Positions 30,730 through 42,313 of a stretch of DNA of 64,000 bases are shown one piece after another. A program made the translations under genes and the position numbers. The DNA is from an uncultured delta proteobacterium (GTDB lineage: Bacteria > Myxococcota > Myxococcia > Myxococcales > Myxococcaceae): contig CAVYSY010000040.1 of NCBI GenBank assembly GCA_963771175.1, forward strand, positions 160,001 through 224,000, written 5' to 3'. Under the pieces are notes generated by a model, which was not told where the DNA came from, ran no database searches, and was given only the letters and a program-made list of their open reading frames with translations. Each line of letters starts with the position of its first letter. The first letter of the stretch is position 1.

Positions 30730-31353
30730 ATGCGCGGGGACAGCGCGGTAGCCCTTGGGGTGCAAGCCGTCGAGTACTGGCAGCAGGACTTCGCGCGGAG
30801 GGTGGCCCTGGCGGAGCCGAGGGACACCACGCGTGGCGTGTTCCTCAATGGCCTGCTGCGACTCATGCGGGAGTTCGGCGGCGAGGAGATGGAGAAGCGC
30901 TGCCTGGAGGCAAGCGGGGGGGAGCAGTTCGTCGACTTCTTTCACTACTCCATCGCCACGTATCTCCGGATGCTCTCCACCGGGATGCGGTTGCTGGCGG
31001 ACCAGCACGGAGATGTCGAGGAGGCACTGCGACAGCTCGGGCGGCAGGCGGTGGCGGACCTCGGCGCTTCCGCGGCGGGTAGGGCCGTGGGGCTGATGGG
31101 CACGGGCGACATGAGGAGCCTGCTGGATGGGCTGTGTGTGGCCTACCGGGTCTCGGTGAGTTATGGCGAGCACGAGCTGGTGTGGACGGGGCCGACGAGT
31201 GCTCGCCTCATCATGAAGCGCAGCTTCATGCCCTACCCGTTCCACGAAGGCGTGTTGCTGGCGCGGCTCGAGTCGAGGAACGTCCGGCACTTGAGCGTGC
31301 GTGGGCACCAGTTGGGGCTGCTCGACTGCGAGTGTGAGATCTCCTGGGACTGA
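30730..31353 (+). CDS. Myxobacterial DUF2378 (TIGR02265)-like protein
   Basis: DTTRGVFLNG, FVDFFHYS, SVSYGE, FMP..FHEGVL and terminal ISW pattern. Confidence 0.7.
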   Translation: MRGDSAVALGVQAVEYWQQDFARRVALAEPRDTTRGVFLNGLLRLMREFGGEEMEKRCLEASGGEQFVDFFHYSIATYLRMLSTGMRLLADQHGDVEEALRQLGRQAVADLGASAAGRAVGLMGTGDMRSLLDGLCVAYRVSVSYGEHELVWTGPTSARLIMKRSFMPYPFHEGVLLARLESRNVRHLSVRGHQLGLLDCECEISWD

Positions 31354-31521
31354 ACCACGCGGTGATGGTCTCCTTGAACTCTTCCACTCTCCGCGCGAGG
31401 GCCTTCCACTTACCGGGTAACCGAGCGAGTACGACCGTGCAGCAGAAGGTGGGATCCGAAGAGGAGGCGGGCGCGAATCCTGACTGATGCGGCCGAGCCG
31501 AATGTGTACACTCGGCGGCCC

Positions 31522-33405
31522 TTGAAGACGCTTCTTCTGGCCGAGAGCCATCCCCCGACTCTGGAGCACCTCACCGGGTTGCTGTCTCAAGCCGGCTACA
31601 CCGTGCGTGCGGTGAGCGACCCCGGCTCGGCGATGGAGCACTTCGTCGCCGACAACCCCGACATGGTGGTGGTGTCCGTGGACCTGCCGCGCCTGGACGG
31701 GGCGCACGTGGGTCACCTCATCCGCAACCACAGCCAGGGCACGCGCGTGCCCATCGTTGCCATCGACAAGGGCCACCTGGGCCGGGCGCGGGGTGTGGCC
31801 TCGGTGTTGGAGCTCAAGGTGAATGCCTACGTGGCGGACCCGCTCAAGCCAGGCGAGCTGGTGGGCAAGCTGCAGTCGCTGGCGACCGTCGCCGCGCAGG
31901 ACGAGACCCCGCTCAAGGGCCTGCGGGCCACGCTGGCGCGCTCGGCGGTGGCCTCGGAGATCTCAAGGGACTCCCGCTGCCGGCGCTGCTGGTCTCGATG
32001 TACCGGCTGCGTCGCGATGGCGTGCTGGTGGTGGCCTACCGGGACCTGACCCGGCGCGTCTTCTTCTCCCGCGGTGGCGCGGTGAACTACGACTCCAGCG
32101 CGCGGCAGGACGCGCTCCCCAGCTACCTGCTGCAGCGTCAGGTGGTGACCGAGGCGCAGGCGGAGCGGGTGGTGCAGGCGCTGGGCTCGGGCCTGCGCAT
32201 CGGCGCCGCGCTGGCCGAGGCCGGCGTGGAGGCGGCGGGCGAGGAGCTGCTGCAACTGCTGCGCGACTACACGAGCGACCGGCTGGCCCAGGTCATCGCC
32301 ATGCGCGAGGGCCGCTATGCCTTCTACCCCGGCGACGAGTTCCAGTCCGAGGTGGCCACGGTGGAGATTCCGGCGCTGGCGCCGATCCTCGATGGGGCGC
32401 GGCGGAGCATTCCCCTCAAGGTGATGGCCGCTCCGCTGCGCTCGCACCAGGCGGAGTTCCCGGTGCGCACGCCCGAGTTCGGCCAGGACCTGGCGGCGCT
32501 CGGGCTGAACACGGACGACCTGAAGCTCGCCATGCAGGTGAACGGGCGCATCTCGCTGCGCGACCTGCTGGCGCACGGCCGGGGAGACCTGCAGCGCGGG
32601 TACTCGCTGTTGTGGTTCCTCAAGCTGGCGGGCTGCGTGAGCTTCTCGCCCACGCCGGTGGCGAGTCGGGCCCGGTGAGCCGGTGGCGGTGCCGGAGTCC
32701 ATCGCCCCGCGCAAGCGCAAGCCGCTGCCGGCGGAGACGGAGGCCAGCCTGCGGGACGGAGCGGTGAAGATCATCACCAGCAGCTACTTCCGGTGCCTGG
32801 GGTTGGATATCGCCGCGGACTCCGAGGCCGTGGAGCGGGCCTAGCACGAGCTCGCCACGCGCTACCACTCGGACAGCTATGCCGAGTTCGACACCTCGGA
32901 GATGAAGGACCTGCTGGACTCGGTGCAGGACAAGCTGTCGGCGGCCTACCGGGTGCTGTCGGTGGAGGAGAAGCGCAAGGCGTACCTGCAGTACCTCATG
33001 TCGCGCATGGACGTGGGGCGCTCCACCTCGGTGAACGTGGACGCGGAGATCATCCTCCGGCGCGGGGAGGCGGCGCTCAAGCGCAAGCAGTACCGCTCGG
33101 CGCTCATCCACTTCGAGCAGGCGGTGACGCTCAACCCGCACGAGCCCGAGTACTACTCGTACCTGGCGTGGGCCACGTTCCTGGCCGGCACGGGGCCGAA
33201 GGAGGATCGGGCGAAGGCCGCGCAGAAGGTGCTGCGCAAGGCGCTCTCGCTCAACCCGTACCTGGAGCGGGCACTCATCATCTCGGGCATCATCGACAGC
33301 GAAATGGAAGACGCGTCCGGGGCGCGCAAGAAGCTGCTGAAGGTGCTCGAGCTCAACCCCAACTCCCAGCTCGCGAAGGCCGCGCTGCGCAAAGTAGGTC
33401 GGTGA
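31522..33405 (+). CDS. Pseudo-receiver / DUF4388 / J-like / TPR multidomain protein, broken by indels (~31957, ~32668) and an in-frame TAG (32842)
   Basis: Joined from ORFs 31504..32049, 31998..32678 and 32902..33405 plus the in-frame segment before 32902. Confidence 0.7.
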
Positions 33406-35179
33406 TGCGGAAGGTGTTGTGGCGGTTGCTGGGTTACGCCCGGCCGCATGTGGGCCTCCTGATGGCGGCCTTCGCGTGCATGACGGTGCTGGGGCTGGCC
33501 ACGGGCGCGTACGCGTACCTGATGGGGCCGGCGCTGCGCTTCCTGCTGTCGGGTGGCACGGAGGGCTTCGGGGCTCGCAGCCGGTGCCGTGGCTGGCGAG
33601 CCTCCCTCGCGAGGCCGCGCTCTGGGGCTTCCCGGTGGTGGTGCTGACGGTGGGCGTGGTGAAGGGCGTGGGGTACCTCGGCCAGTTCTACTTCATGGGC
33701 TTCTTCGCCCAGAAGGTGGCGGCGGACGTGAGGCGGGAGCTCTTCGTTCGCCTCTCCTCGCTGTCGCCCGCGCAGCTGGCGCGCGAGCGGATGGGAGATC
33801 TGCTCAGCCGCTTCTCCGCGGACGTCCAGGCGGTGGAGCTGGCGGCCATGTACACGGTGGGCTCGTACTGCGGGACTCGCTGCAGGTGGTGGTGCTGTCG
33901 GGGGTGGCCTGTCCATCAGCCCGCTGCTGGGTGGGTTGATGCTGTGCGTGCTGCCGCTGGCGGCACTGCCGGCCTCGCGGCTGACGCGCAAGGCGCTGCG
34001 GGGCACGCGCGAGGGCCAGGTGCAGCTCGGCCAGCTCGCGGGGCAGCTCCAGGAGGGGCTGGGCGGCCTGCGCACCATCCAGGCCTTCAACGGCCAGGCG
34101 GCGGAGCTGGCGCGCTTCTCGGCGCACGCACGGGCCCACGAGGAGGCCTTGGTACGGGCGGCGTGGGCGCGAGGCGGAGTGCCGGGGATGATGGAGGTGC
34201 TGGCGGCCGCGGCGCTGGCGGGCGCGCTGGCGTACACGGCGGCCACGCACGCGATGGAGCCCGAGGCCCTGCTGTCGTTCCTCACGGCGGTGATGCTGGT
34301 GTACCAGCCGGTCAAGGACCTGGGCCGGGTGACGCAGTTCGCGATGCAGGCGGGCGCGGCGGGGGAGCGGATCTTCGCGCTGCTGGACCTGCGGCATCCG
34401 GTGGAGGACGCGCCGGGGGCCGCCGAGGCGCCGGTGCCGAGGCAGGCCATTCAGTGGACGACGTGCGTTTCTCCTATGGGGAGCGGCTGGCGCTCGATGG
34501 GCTGACGCTGGAACTCCCGGTGGGCAAGGTGACCGCGCTGGTGGGGCCGAGCGGCGGAGGGAAGAGCACGCTCACCTCGCTGCTGCTGCGCTTCGAGCGT
34601 CCCCAGGCGGGCGGCGGTCCTGCTTCGACGGGGTGGACGTGGAGCTACGGCGGCGAGTGTTCGTTCTCAGTTCGCGCTGGTGACGCAGGAGCCGCTGCTG
34701 TTCTCGGGCAGCGTGCTGGACAACCTGCGCTATGCGCGGCCGGAGCGCCCGCGGAGGAGGTGGAGGCGGCGGCCGGGTGGCGAACGCGGACGGCTTCATC
34801 CGGGCGCTGCCGCGAGGGCTATGACACGCGGGTGGGCGAGCGCGGCGTGACGCTGAGCGGTGGCCAGCGGCAGCGGCTGTGCATCGCGCGAGCGGTGCTG
34901 TCGCGGGCGCCGGTGCTGGTGCTGGACGAGGCGACGAGCAGCCTGGACCCGGAGAGCGAGCGCGAGGTGCAGGCCGCGCTCGCGGCGGTGCTGCCGGGGC
35001 GGACGGCGCTGGTGATCGCCCACCGGCTGTCGACGGTGGTGGAGGCGGACATCATCTGTGTGCTGGAGGCGGGGCGGGTGGTGGAGCGGGGCAGCCACGC
35101 GGAGCTGTTGAAGGCGGGAGGCCGCTACGCGGCGCTGTGGGCGCTGCAGACGTCGGCCCCGGAGCGGGGAGCGGCGTGA
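33405..35179 (+). CDS. MsbA-like ABC exporter (permease plus ATPase) with many frameshifts
   Basis: Fragments across frames: GDLLSRF, YQPVKDL, GPSGGGKST, VTQEPLLFSGS, LSGGQRQR, LDEATSSLD, IAHRLST; LPS-cluster context. Confidence 0.8.
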
Positions 35180-36348
35180 AGCCATCGGTCTTGGCGGGGA
35201 AGCTGCTCCGGGCGCTGCTGGGGCTGGTGCTGTTGCTGCTGGGCGTGGCCGGGTTCTTCACCCTGGCGGCCACCTATGCCGAGTACCCGGTGGTGGCGCC
35301 CCACACGGAGGCGTCCGAGTGGCTGCGCGGGGCCTTCCACGTGCACACCACGCGCTCGGACGGACGGGGCACGGTGGAGGAGGTGGCCGCGGCGGCGAAG
35401 GCGGCGGGCCTGCGCTTCGTGGTGCTCACGGACCACAACGACTTCTCCCCGCGCGAGCCGGCCTTCGTGGACGGGGTGCTGCTGGTGCCGGGCGTGGAGC
35501 TGTCGACGGACCATGGACACCTCGTGGCGTTCGGAATGCAGCGCCCGCTGGAGGGCGTCCGGCCGTGGATGGATGGAGGCGAGGCCGAGGCGGCGGTGGA
35601 GAAGGCGGGCGGGGTGAGCGTGCTTGCCCACCCGGTGCAGGAGCGCAACCCCTGGCGCCACCCCGAGGCCGCGCGGCGGGCGGACGGCTTCGAGCTCTAC
35701 TCGGCGGACACGTTCTTCCGGAGCGCGCAGCGCCACCCGTTCAGCCGGTTGCTGCCCGCGGTGGGGGCCTTCTTCGGCCAGCCGCTGCATGGGGTGATGC
35801 TGCTCGTCGAGCCCCAGCCCGAGGCCACGGCGCGGCTGCTGGAGCTCGAGCGGGAGAAGTCGCGGGTGGCGCTGTGCTCGCATGACGCGCACGGGCTGCC
35901 GCCCTACGAGGACGTCTTCCGGGCGCTGGCGATGTACCTGCCGCCCGTGGAGGGAGGGGGCCCCGAGAAGCTGCCGGAGGAGCCACGAGCCGCCGCCGAG
36001 CGGGTGGTGAAGGGACTCGCCAGTGGCCGGGCCATCTGTGCCTTCCGAGCACTGGGCGAGCCCGAGGGCTTCGCGTTGGAGGGCCTGGACGCGGAGCGCC
36101 GGGAGGCCCACGTGGGCGACGTGCTCACCGTGCGCCTGCCGCCGTACGCCGGGGACATGGTGCGCGTCGAGGTAACAGGCGCGGGACGGCTGGGCGCGGA
36201 TGGCCGGACGGTGGAACTGGTGGAAGAAGGGGCGGTGCAGGTGGAGGCGTGGGTCCTCGCGCCGGGGCGCTTCTTCGGCTCGGAGTGGAAGCCGTGGCTC
36301 GTCCCGAGTCCGGTGCGCGTGCTGCCGAGGAGCAATGAGGGCCGCTGA
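35176..36348 (+). CDS. Membrane-anchored PHP-domain metallo-phosphoesterase
   Basis: N-terminal TM helix; HVHTTRSDG, TDHN, GVELS, AHP, HDAH. Confidence 0.8.
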   Translation: MKPSVLAGKLLRALLGLVLLLLGVAGFFTLAATYAEYPVVAPHTEASEWLRGAFHVHTTRSDGRGTVEEVAAAAKAAGLRFVVLTDHNDFSPREPAFVDGVLLVPGVELSTDHGHLVAFGMQRPLEGVRPWMDGGEAEAAVEKAGGVSVLAHPVQERNPWRHPEAARRADGFELYSADTFFRSAQRHPFSRLLPAVGAFFGQPLHGVMLLVEPQPEATARLLELEREKSRVALCSHDAHGLPPYEDVFRALAMYLPPVEGGGPEKLPEEPRAAAERVVKGLASGRAICAFRALGEPEGFALEGLDAERREAHVGDVLTVRLPPYAGDMVRVEVTGAGRLGADGRTVELVEEGAVQVEAWVLAPGRFFGSEWKPWLVPSPVRVLPRSNEGR

Positions 36349-36480
36349 GCCCTGCCCCGCGAAGTAGAACGGCCGCCCCCGCTTTCGCGAGAGCAGCCGT
36401 CCTTGTTACTGCCCCATCAGGTTGGGAACGCCGCGCCGCCTGACATCGGCGCGGAGCCCCCGTTCACCCGAGGGGGATTC

Positions 36481-38689
36481 TCAGTCGTGGGTGGCGACCA
36501 GGGAGAGGTTCTGGTAGCCGCCCTTCGCGCCGAACACCTTGATGTAGTAGGTGCCAGGGGGCGCGTTGTTGAGGTTGCAGTTCTCGGTGTTGTGCTCCTT
36601 CACGTCGCGGCAGTCGTAATCGAACAGGGACGGCGCCGAGCCGCGCTGCACGTAGACGTCCGCGTTGCCCGTGCCGTTGAAGATGCGCACGTGGACGTTG
36701 TTGTCGACGCCGCCAGCGCGAGCGGGAACCACGAGCTTGTACACCTGATCCGAGCCGGCCACGCCGGAGAGGCCGTCGAGCTGCACGCCGCCCTCGATGG
36801 GGATGTAGCCGCCCTTCCAGCGTCACCGTGAACGTCACGCCCGAGTAGGCGCTGAAGCCGTTGAGCATCGCGTACCAGGTGCCCTGGGCCGGAGCGGCGA
36901 AGGGGCACGTCTCGTTGTTGCCGGTCTTGTAGGGACGGCAGTCGTACTGGCTGGTGGTCGGCGCGTTGCCGAAGCGCACGTACATGTCCGCATCACCCGT
37001 GCCGCCCGCGATGGAGACCGTCAGGTCGTACGCACCCTCGGGCACCTGGAAGCTGAAGTACGTCTTGGAGCCCTTGGCGCCGGAGATGTTGCTCACCGGC
37101 ACGTTCTTCTCGACCGGGGTGTTGACCGGCGGCGGGACGGGCACGCCCACGCCCACGGCCTTCCAGGCGTTGGAGACGGAGGCGAGGGTGGCCGCGTCGT
37201 AGCCGAGCTGCTGCGCGGCCTGCTCGGTGGCGATCTTCGCCTGCTCGAACGTGGTGCTCGGCGTCATGATGTCGGCGTTGGCCTTGTAGAAGATGCGCGC
37301 GGCCTTCTCGACGCCGATGCCCGCGACGACCGTGCTCGTCTTCGCACGCGGATGCGTGCCGCCCTGGCTCAGCAGGTAGAAGGCCAGGTTGGAGATGCCC
37401 GAGCTGTAGTGCACGTCCACGCCCGAGGAGTAGTCCGGGAAGTAGTCGAGCGAGACACCGTCCAGGGTCGGGCTGTGCATGTAGCGCAGCGCATCGCCCG
37501 GGGTGGCCGGCGTCCAGACGTCGTCGCCGATGAGCCAGAGCTTCTGGCTGACGACCTTGCCGTCGCCGTACCACTCGCACACGGCGCCGAAGATGTCGGA
37601 CATGGACTCGTTGAGACCGCCGGACTCACCCGAGTAGATGAGGTCCGACTCGTAGTCCGTGACGGCGTGGGTCAGCTCGTGCGCGGTGACGTCCAGCGAG
37701 TTGGCCAGGTTGGAGGCGGTGACGTTGTCGCCGTCGCCGTACACCATCTGGGTGCCGTTCCAGAAGGCGTTCACGTACTTGACGCGGTGGTGCACGGTGC
37801 TGATGAGCGTGGCGCCCGCGTTGTTGATGGAGTCGCGGCCGAACAGGTTCTGGTAGCAGCCATGGACCGTGCCCAGGTGGTCGTAGCTGGTGTTGATGAC
37901 CGGGTCGGCCACGGGCTCCGAGCCCTCGATGCGCGCCAGGGTGCCGGGCAGGGTGGACAGCGTCTTGCCGTCGTACACCTTGCGGTCGAGGGCGGTGTGG
38001 ATGTGGGGGATGCGCTCGACGACCGAGCCGTCGATGGCGTTCACCAGCACCGAGTCGTCCACCGGGGTCCCGTCGGCCTGCTCACCCGTCTGCCGGATCT
38101 CGTACACCAGCAGGAGCTTGTCGCCCGCGCGGTAGTAGGAGAGCTCCGGCTCGACCGCGGCGCGGGCCGACTGGGGCGCATCGCGGTCCTGCTCCGCCGC
38201 GGAGAGCGCGGCCTCGGGAGCCACGGTCGCCTTCTCGGGGCCCGTCAGGTCGCCGCGGACGTTGGTGTTGGCCGCGAAGATCTTCCCGCCGCGCGCGTGC
38301 AGGCGCAGCTCGGCGCCGAAGATGGCTCGCCCGTTGTACTTCACGCCATAGCGGTAGTGGAGGTCTCCCTGGGCGTCCGTGTAGGCGCGCTTGAGGACCA
38401 GGTTGGCCGGATCGAGCCGGAACTGGGGCGCGATGCTCGCCAGGGCCGGGGAGAGGTCCGCGGAGAGCGCGGCCTCGGGGGAGGTGGTCTCCGGCAGTGA
38501 GCCCAGCTCACCGGTGACGAACCGGGCAACGCCGGCCTCGTCGGCGTCCACGACGGTGTTGCCCAGGGCGGACGCCAGGGTCCGGATGCCTTGCGGCTTG
38601 TCTCCTGCTGGTGCGTTTCCCTCGGTGCAGGCGCTCATCATCATCGACAGCGCCGCGACTCCAATGACTCCGCGGATTCGATTCTCCAC
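36481..38689 (-). CDS. M4 (thermolysin-like) metallopeptidase lipoprotein with two C-terminal PPC domains; 1-nt indel ~36820
   Basis: Lipobox MSA-C, propeptide, NAFWNG, HELTH, NESMSD, VHYSSG; GGTGDADMYV..YDCRPY; second PPC domain in ORF 36481..36786. Confidence 0.9.
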
Positions 38690-38909
38690 TGTGCTGCCTC
38701 CTGTTCTCTTTGTCTCTGTGCCTCAGAGACGAGGAGCAGTGTGCCAGAGGAGTCCGACATTTTCCTGGAGTACTTGTAATTACTGTATTCTGTGTTTTCT
38801 CGTGAAGTGAGAATAATGTTCCCATGGGGGTATGCGGGGCGCGGGGTGGGTGGGAGTCGTGGCGTGTGCTGCCGGGAGGGGCGGCATCTGGTAGAGGGCG
38901 ACCTGGTCC

Positions 38910-40178
38910 ATGCGCCTCCTCTACGTCCTCGCCAGCTATCTGCTCTTCGCCGTGCTCTTCCCGGTGTTGTCGCTGCACCGCAAGACGCGGCACGGGCTGC
39001 GGCAGCGGCTGGGTTTCTACGCGGAGGGAGAGCTGCCGCCGCGAGGGCCCGGCCCGACGCTCTGGATGCATGGGGCGAGCGCGGGAGATCTGCTGGCGCT
39101 CTCGCCGATGTTCGGCCCGCTGCGGGAGCGCTTCCCGGGGTGCCGCATCGTGCTCTCCACGATGACGAACTCGGGCTACATGATGGGGCGCGAGCGGTTG
39201 GCGAAGCAGGTGGACGCGGTGGTGTACGCGCCGTACGACCTGTGGGGAGCCACGCGCCGGGCGGTGAGGGCCATCCATCCGGACCTGCTGGTGCTCGAGT
39301 ACACGGAAATCTGGCCCAACCTCATCCAAGCGGCGAGTCGGGCGGGAGTGCGCGTGGCGCTGACGAACGGGCGCTTCTCGTCGGCGCACCAGGGGAAGTA
39401 CAGGCTGTTGTTCTCGCTCATTGGCAACCCGCTGCGGCGGATGGATTTGTTCCTGATGCGAGGGGAGGACGAGGCGGAGCGGGTGTTGGGGCTGGGGGCG
39501 CCGCGCGAGCGGGTGTTCGTGACGGGGAACACGAAGTTCGACGCGCTGGCGGCGGCGGCCGCGGGGCAGGAGGACGAGGCGCTGCGGGGCGCGCTGGGGC
39601 TGAGGGTCGGGGAGCCGGTGTGGATCGCCGGCAGCACGCACGAGGGCGAGGAGGAGCACCTCCTGGCCGTCTACCGCCGATTGCTGGAGGCGCACCCGGA
39701 ACTGCGGCTGGTGATCGCGCCGCGATACATCGAGCGGGCGGGGAGGATCGTCGCGCTGGCGAAAGAGCAGGGGCTGAGCGTGGGCCTGCGCTCGCAGGGG
39801 AACCCGGAGGGAGGGCGGGTGGTGGTGCTGGACACGATCGGCGAGCTGTCGAGGGCGTACCGGTTGGGGACGCTGGTGTTCGTGGGGGGCTCGTTCACGA
39901 CGCGAGGGGGGCAGAACATCCTGGAGCCGGCGGGGCAGGGGAAGCCGGTGCTGTTCGGTCCGCACATGGAGAACTTCCGTGACAGCGTGCAGGTGCTGGT
40001 GGGGAGGGGAGGCATCCAGGTGAAGGACGCGGATCATCTGTACCGGGTGCTGTCGGAGCTGCTGGCGAAGCCGGAGACGCTGACGTCGCTGGGGGAACTG
40101 GCGAGGGCGACGGTGGGGCAGATTTCGGGGGCGAGCCAGCGCAACGTGGAGCACATGGCGCGAGTGCTCACCCCATGA
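38910..40178 (+). CDS. waaA: Kdo transferase
   Basis: WMHGASAGD, TEIWPN, GNTKFD, AGSTHEGEE, DTIGEL, GGQNILEPA. Confidence 0.93.
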   Translation: MRLLYVLASYLLFAVLFPVLSLHRKTRHGLRQRLGFYAEGELPPRGPGPTLWMHGASAGDLLALSPMFGPLRERFPGCRIVLSTMTNSGYMMGRERLAKQVDAVVYAPYDLWGATRRAVRAIHPDLLVLEYTEIWPNLIQAASRAGVRVALTNGRFSSAHQGKYRLLFSLIGNPLRRMDLFLMRGEDEAERVLGLGAPRERVFVTGNTKFDALAAAAAGQEDEALRGALGLRVGEPVWIAGSTHEGEEEHLLAVYRRLLEAHPELRLVIAPRYIERAGRIVALAKEQGLSVGLRSQGNPEGGRVVVLDTIGELSRAYRLGTLVFVGGSFTTRGGQNILEPAGQGKPVLFGPHMENFRDSVQVLVGRGGIQVKDADHLYRVLSELLAKPETLTSLGELARATVGQISGASQRNVEHMARVLTP

Positions 40179-41197
40179 GGATTTTGCATCTGCTCGCCAG
40201 TCCCTTCTGGAGTGGCCCGGCGGAGAACGTGGCGCTGCTGGCGCTGGCGCAGCGCGAGGCGGGGCACGAGGTGACGGTGGCGGTGGACCGACGCCGGAGG
40301 GAGGTGGCGGCGGAGGAGCCGGCGGTGCCGCGTTTCGAGGCGCTGGGGCTGCTGGACGAGGGGGGGCTGGAGTTGTCGGTGAAGTCCCCGCCGTGGGTGG
40401 TGTGGAGGGACCTGCGGAGGCTGCGGGCGCGGAGCGTGGACGTGGTGCACGCGCACTTCACGCACGACCACCTGGTGGCGAGGTGGGGGAGACCGCGAGG
40501 GGCGGTGCTGATTCGCTCGGTGCATGCGCCGAGGTCGCTGCGGTCCTCGTTGCCGTACGCGGACGCGTACACGGTGCCCGCGTCGTCGGTGATCACGCGG
40601 CTGTTGGGCCGTCGGGTGCGGGTGTTGCCGCCGCTGGTGGACCCGAGGTTCAGGCCCGCGGAGGACCGGGAGACGCTGAGACGAGAGCTGGGGCTCACGG
40701 GAGCGCCGCTGGTGGGGATGGTGTCCACGTTCCAGGCCTCGCGGCGGCACACGTTGGGGGTGGAGGCATTCGCGAGGCTGCGCCGGACGCACGCCGAAGC
40801 GCGGCTGGTGCTGGTGGGAGACGGAGAGTTGGTGGAACCGGTGCGCCAGCAGGTGCGGTCCCTGGGGCTGGAGGAGGCGGTCACCTTCGCGGGTTACCAG
40901 CAGGGCGAGGCGTTCGTGCACTGGCTCCAGACACTGGACGAGGTGTGGGTGCTCGGCCTGGGCAACGACTGGAGCGCGAGGGCGGCGGCGCAGGCGAGGG
41001 CGTGCGGGGTGCGCGTGGTGGCGGTGGGCGAGGGCAACCTGCCGGCACTGGCGGACGTGCTGGTGGAGGAGTTGACGCCCGAGGCGGTGGCGGAGGTTTC
41101 CGAGTCGGGAGCGAGGGCCCTGGTGGCGCACCCGAGCAACGCGAGGATCGCCGCGGACGTGGTCGCGCTGTACGAGCAGGCGAGGGCGGAGCGGTGA
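40175..41197 (+). CDS. GT4-like glycosyltransferase
   Basis: MRILHL..SGPAE, DVVHAH, LVLVGDG, VTFAGY; translationally coupled to waaA. Confidence 0.75.
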   Translation: MRILHLLASPFWSGPAENVALLALAQREAGHEVTVAVDRRRREVAAEEPAVPRFEALGLLDEGGLELSVKSPPWVVWRDLRRLRARSVDVVHAHFTHDHLVARWGRPRGAVLIRSVHAPRSLRSSLPYADAYTVPASSVITRLLGRRVRVLPPLVDPRFRPAEDRETLRRELGLTGAPLVGMVSTFQASRRHTLGVEAFARLRRTHAEARLVLVGDGELVEPVRQQVRSLGLEEAVTFAGYQQGEAFVHWLQTLDEVWVLGLGNDWSARAAAQARACGVRVVAVGEGNLPALADVLVEELTPEAVAEVSESGARALVAHPSNARIAADVVALYEQARAER

Positions 41198-42264
41198 GTG
41201 CCCCGGCCCCGAGGCAGGAGGCCCCGACGGCCATCGAGCGGGTGTTCTACCCGGAGAGGCCGGAGCGGTGGGGACAGCGGGCACTGCTGGCACCACTGGA
41301 GGTGGCGGCCTGGGGCTACGGGGCGGGGGTGCGGCTCCGGGGCGCGCTCTACGACGCGGGAGTCCTGCGAGGCGAGCGGGTGGAGGGGCTGCGAGTCATC
41401 TCGGTGGGCAACCTGAACGTGGGAGGGACGGGGAAGACGCCGGCGGTGCTGTACCTGGCGGAGCTGCTGGTGCGGGAGGGGAGGAAGGTGGGCATCCTCA
41501 CGAGGGGGTATGGGCGAGGCACGAAGGAGCCGGTGACCTTCACGGGGAAGGGGCCGCTGCCCTCAGTGGAGCAGGCGGGGGACGAGCCGCTGCTGTTGGC
41601 GCGCCGCTGTCCCGAGGCCCGGCTGCTGGTGGGCGCGGACCGGAGGCAGCTGGCGCGTCGGGCGAGGGACGAGTTCGGGCTGGAGGTGGTGCTGCTCGAT
41701 GACGGCTTCCAACACCGGAAGCTGGCGAGGGACGAGGACGTGGTGGTGGTGGACGAGGCGGTGGGCTTCGGCAATGGCCGGATGCTGCCGCGAGGCCCCC
41801 TGCGCGAGCCGCTCTCCGCGCTCAGCCGTGCCACGCTCATCTGGGTGCGAGCCGCGACGATGCCCGGGCCGGAGCTGCCTCCCCTGGCAGTGCCACGGGT
41901 GCGGACGCGCTATCGGCCCACGGCCTGGGTGGACCCGGCGGGAGCCTCGCACCCCATCGAGACGCTGTCCGGACAACCGGTGCTGGCGCTCGCGGGGCTT
42001 GCTCGGCCAGGGGGCTTCCTGCGGACACTGGGGGAATTGGGAACGGACGTGCGGGGCACGGCCTTCTTCCCGGACCATCACCGCTTCAGCGCGAGGGAGT
42101 TGCAGGAGGTCGCCGCACGGGCCGCGAGCCTGGGGGCGCGGGTGGTGACGACGGAGAAGGACCTGGTGCGTCTGCCCCGAGACTTCGAGACGTGGACGGT
42201 GCGGTTGGGGGTGGAGGTGCTCGAGGGGGAGTCGCACCTCCGGCGGGCGCTCGGGCTCGGGTAG
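41194..42264 (+). CDS. lpxK: Tetraacyldisaccharide 4'-kinase
   Basis: VISVGNLNVGGTGKTP, RGYG, GDEP, LDDGFQH, LPRGPLREP, FPDHH, TTEKD. Confidence 0.95.
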   Translation: MSAPAPRQEAPTAIERVFYPERPERWGQRALLAPLEVAAWGYGAGVRLRGALYDAGVLRGERVEGLRVISVGNLNVGGTGKTPAVLYLAELLVREGRKVGILTRGYGRGTKEPVTFTGKGPLPSVEQAGDEPLLLARRCPEARLLVGADRRQLARRARDEFGLEVVLLDDGFQHRKLARDEDVVVVDEAVGFGNGRMLPRGPLREPLSALSRATLIWVRAATMPGPELPPLAVPRVRTRYRPTAWVDPAGASHPIETLSGQPVLALAGLARPGGFLRTLGELGTDVRGTAFFPDHHRFSARELQEVAARAASLGARVVTTEKDLVRLPRDFETWTVRLGVEVLEGESHLRRALGLG

Positions 42265-42313
42265 ACAAAGGTCAGCTTGTCGACGGGGTGCTGCTATGGG
42301 ACAACGCGCCGCC

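Noticed and set aside
32842..32844. In-frame TAG as a pyrrolysine or readthrough codon
   Set aside because: It replaces the expected Tyr (TAC) of the J-domain 'AY' motif by one base in the most error-rich region, and no pyl genes are present in the window.
33405..35179. msbA-like gene as a true pseudogene
   Set aside because: All ABC motifs and the codon bias are intact; the damage is scattered small indels, consistent with a poor local consensus.
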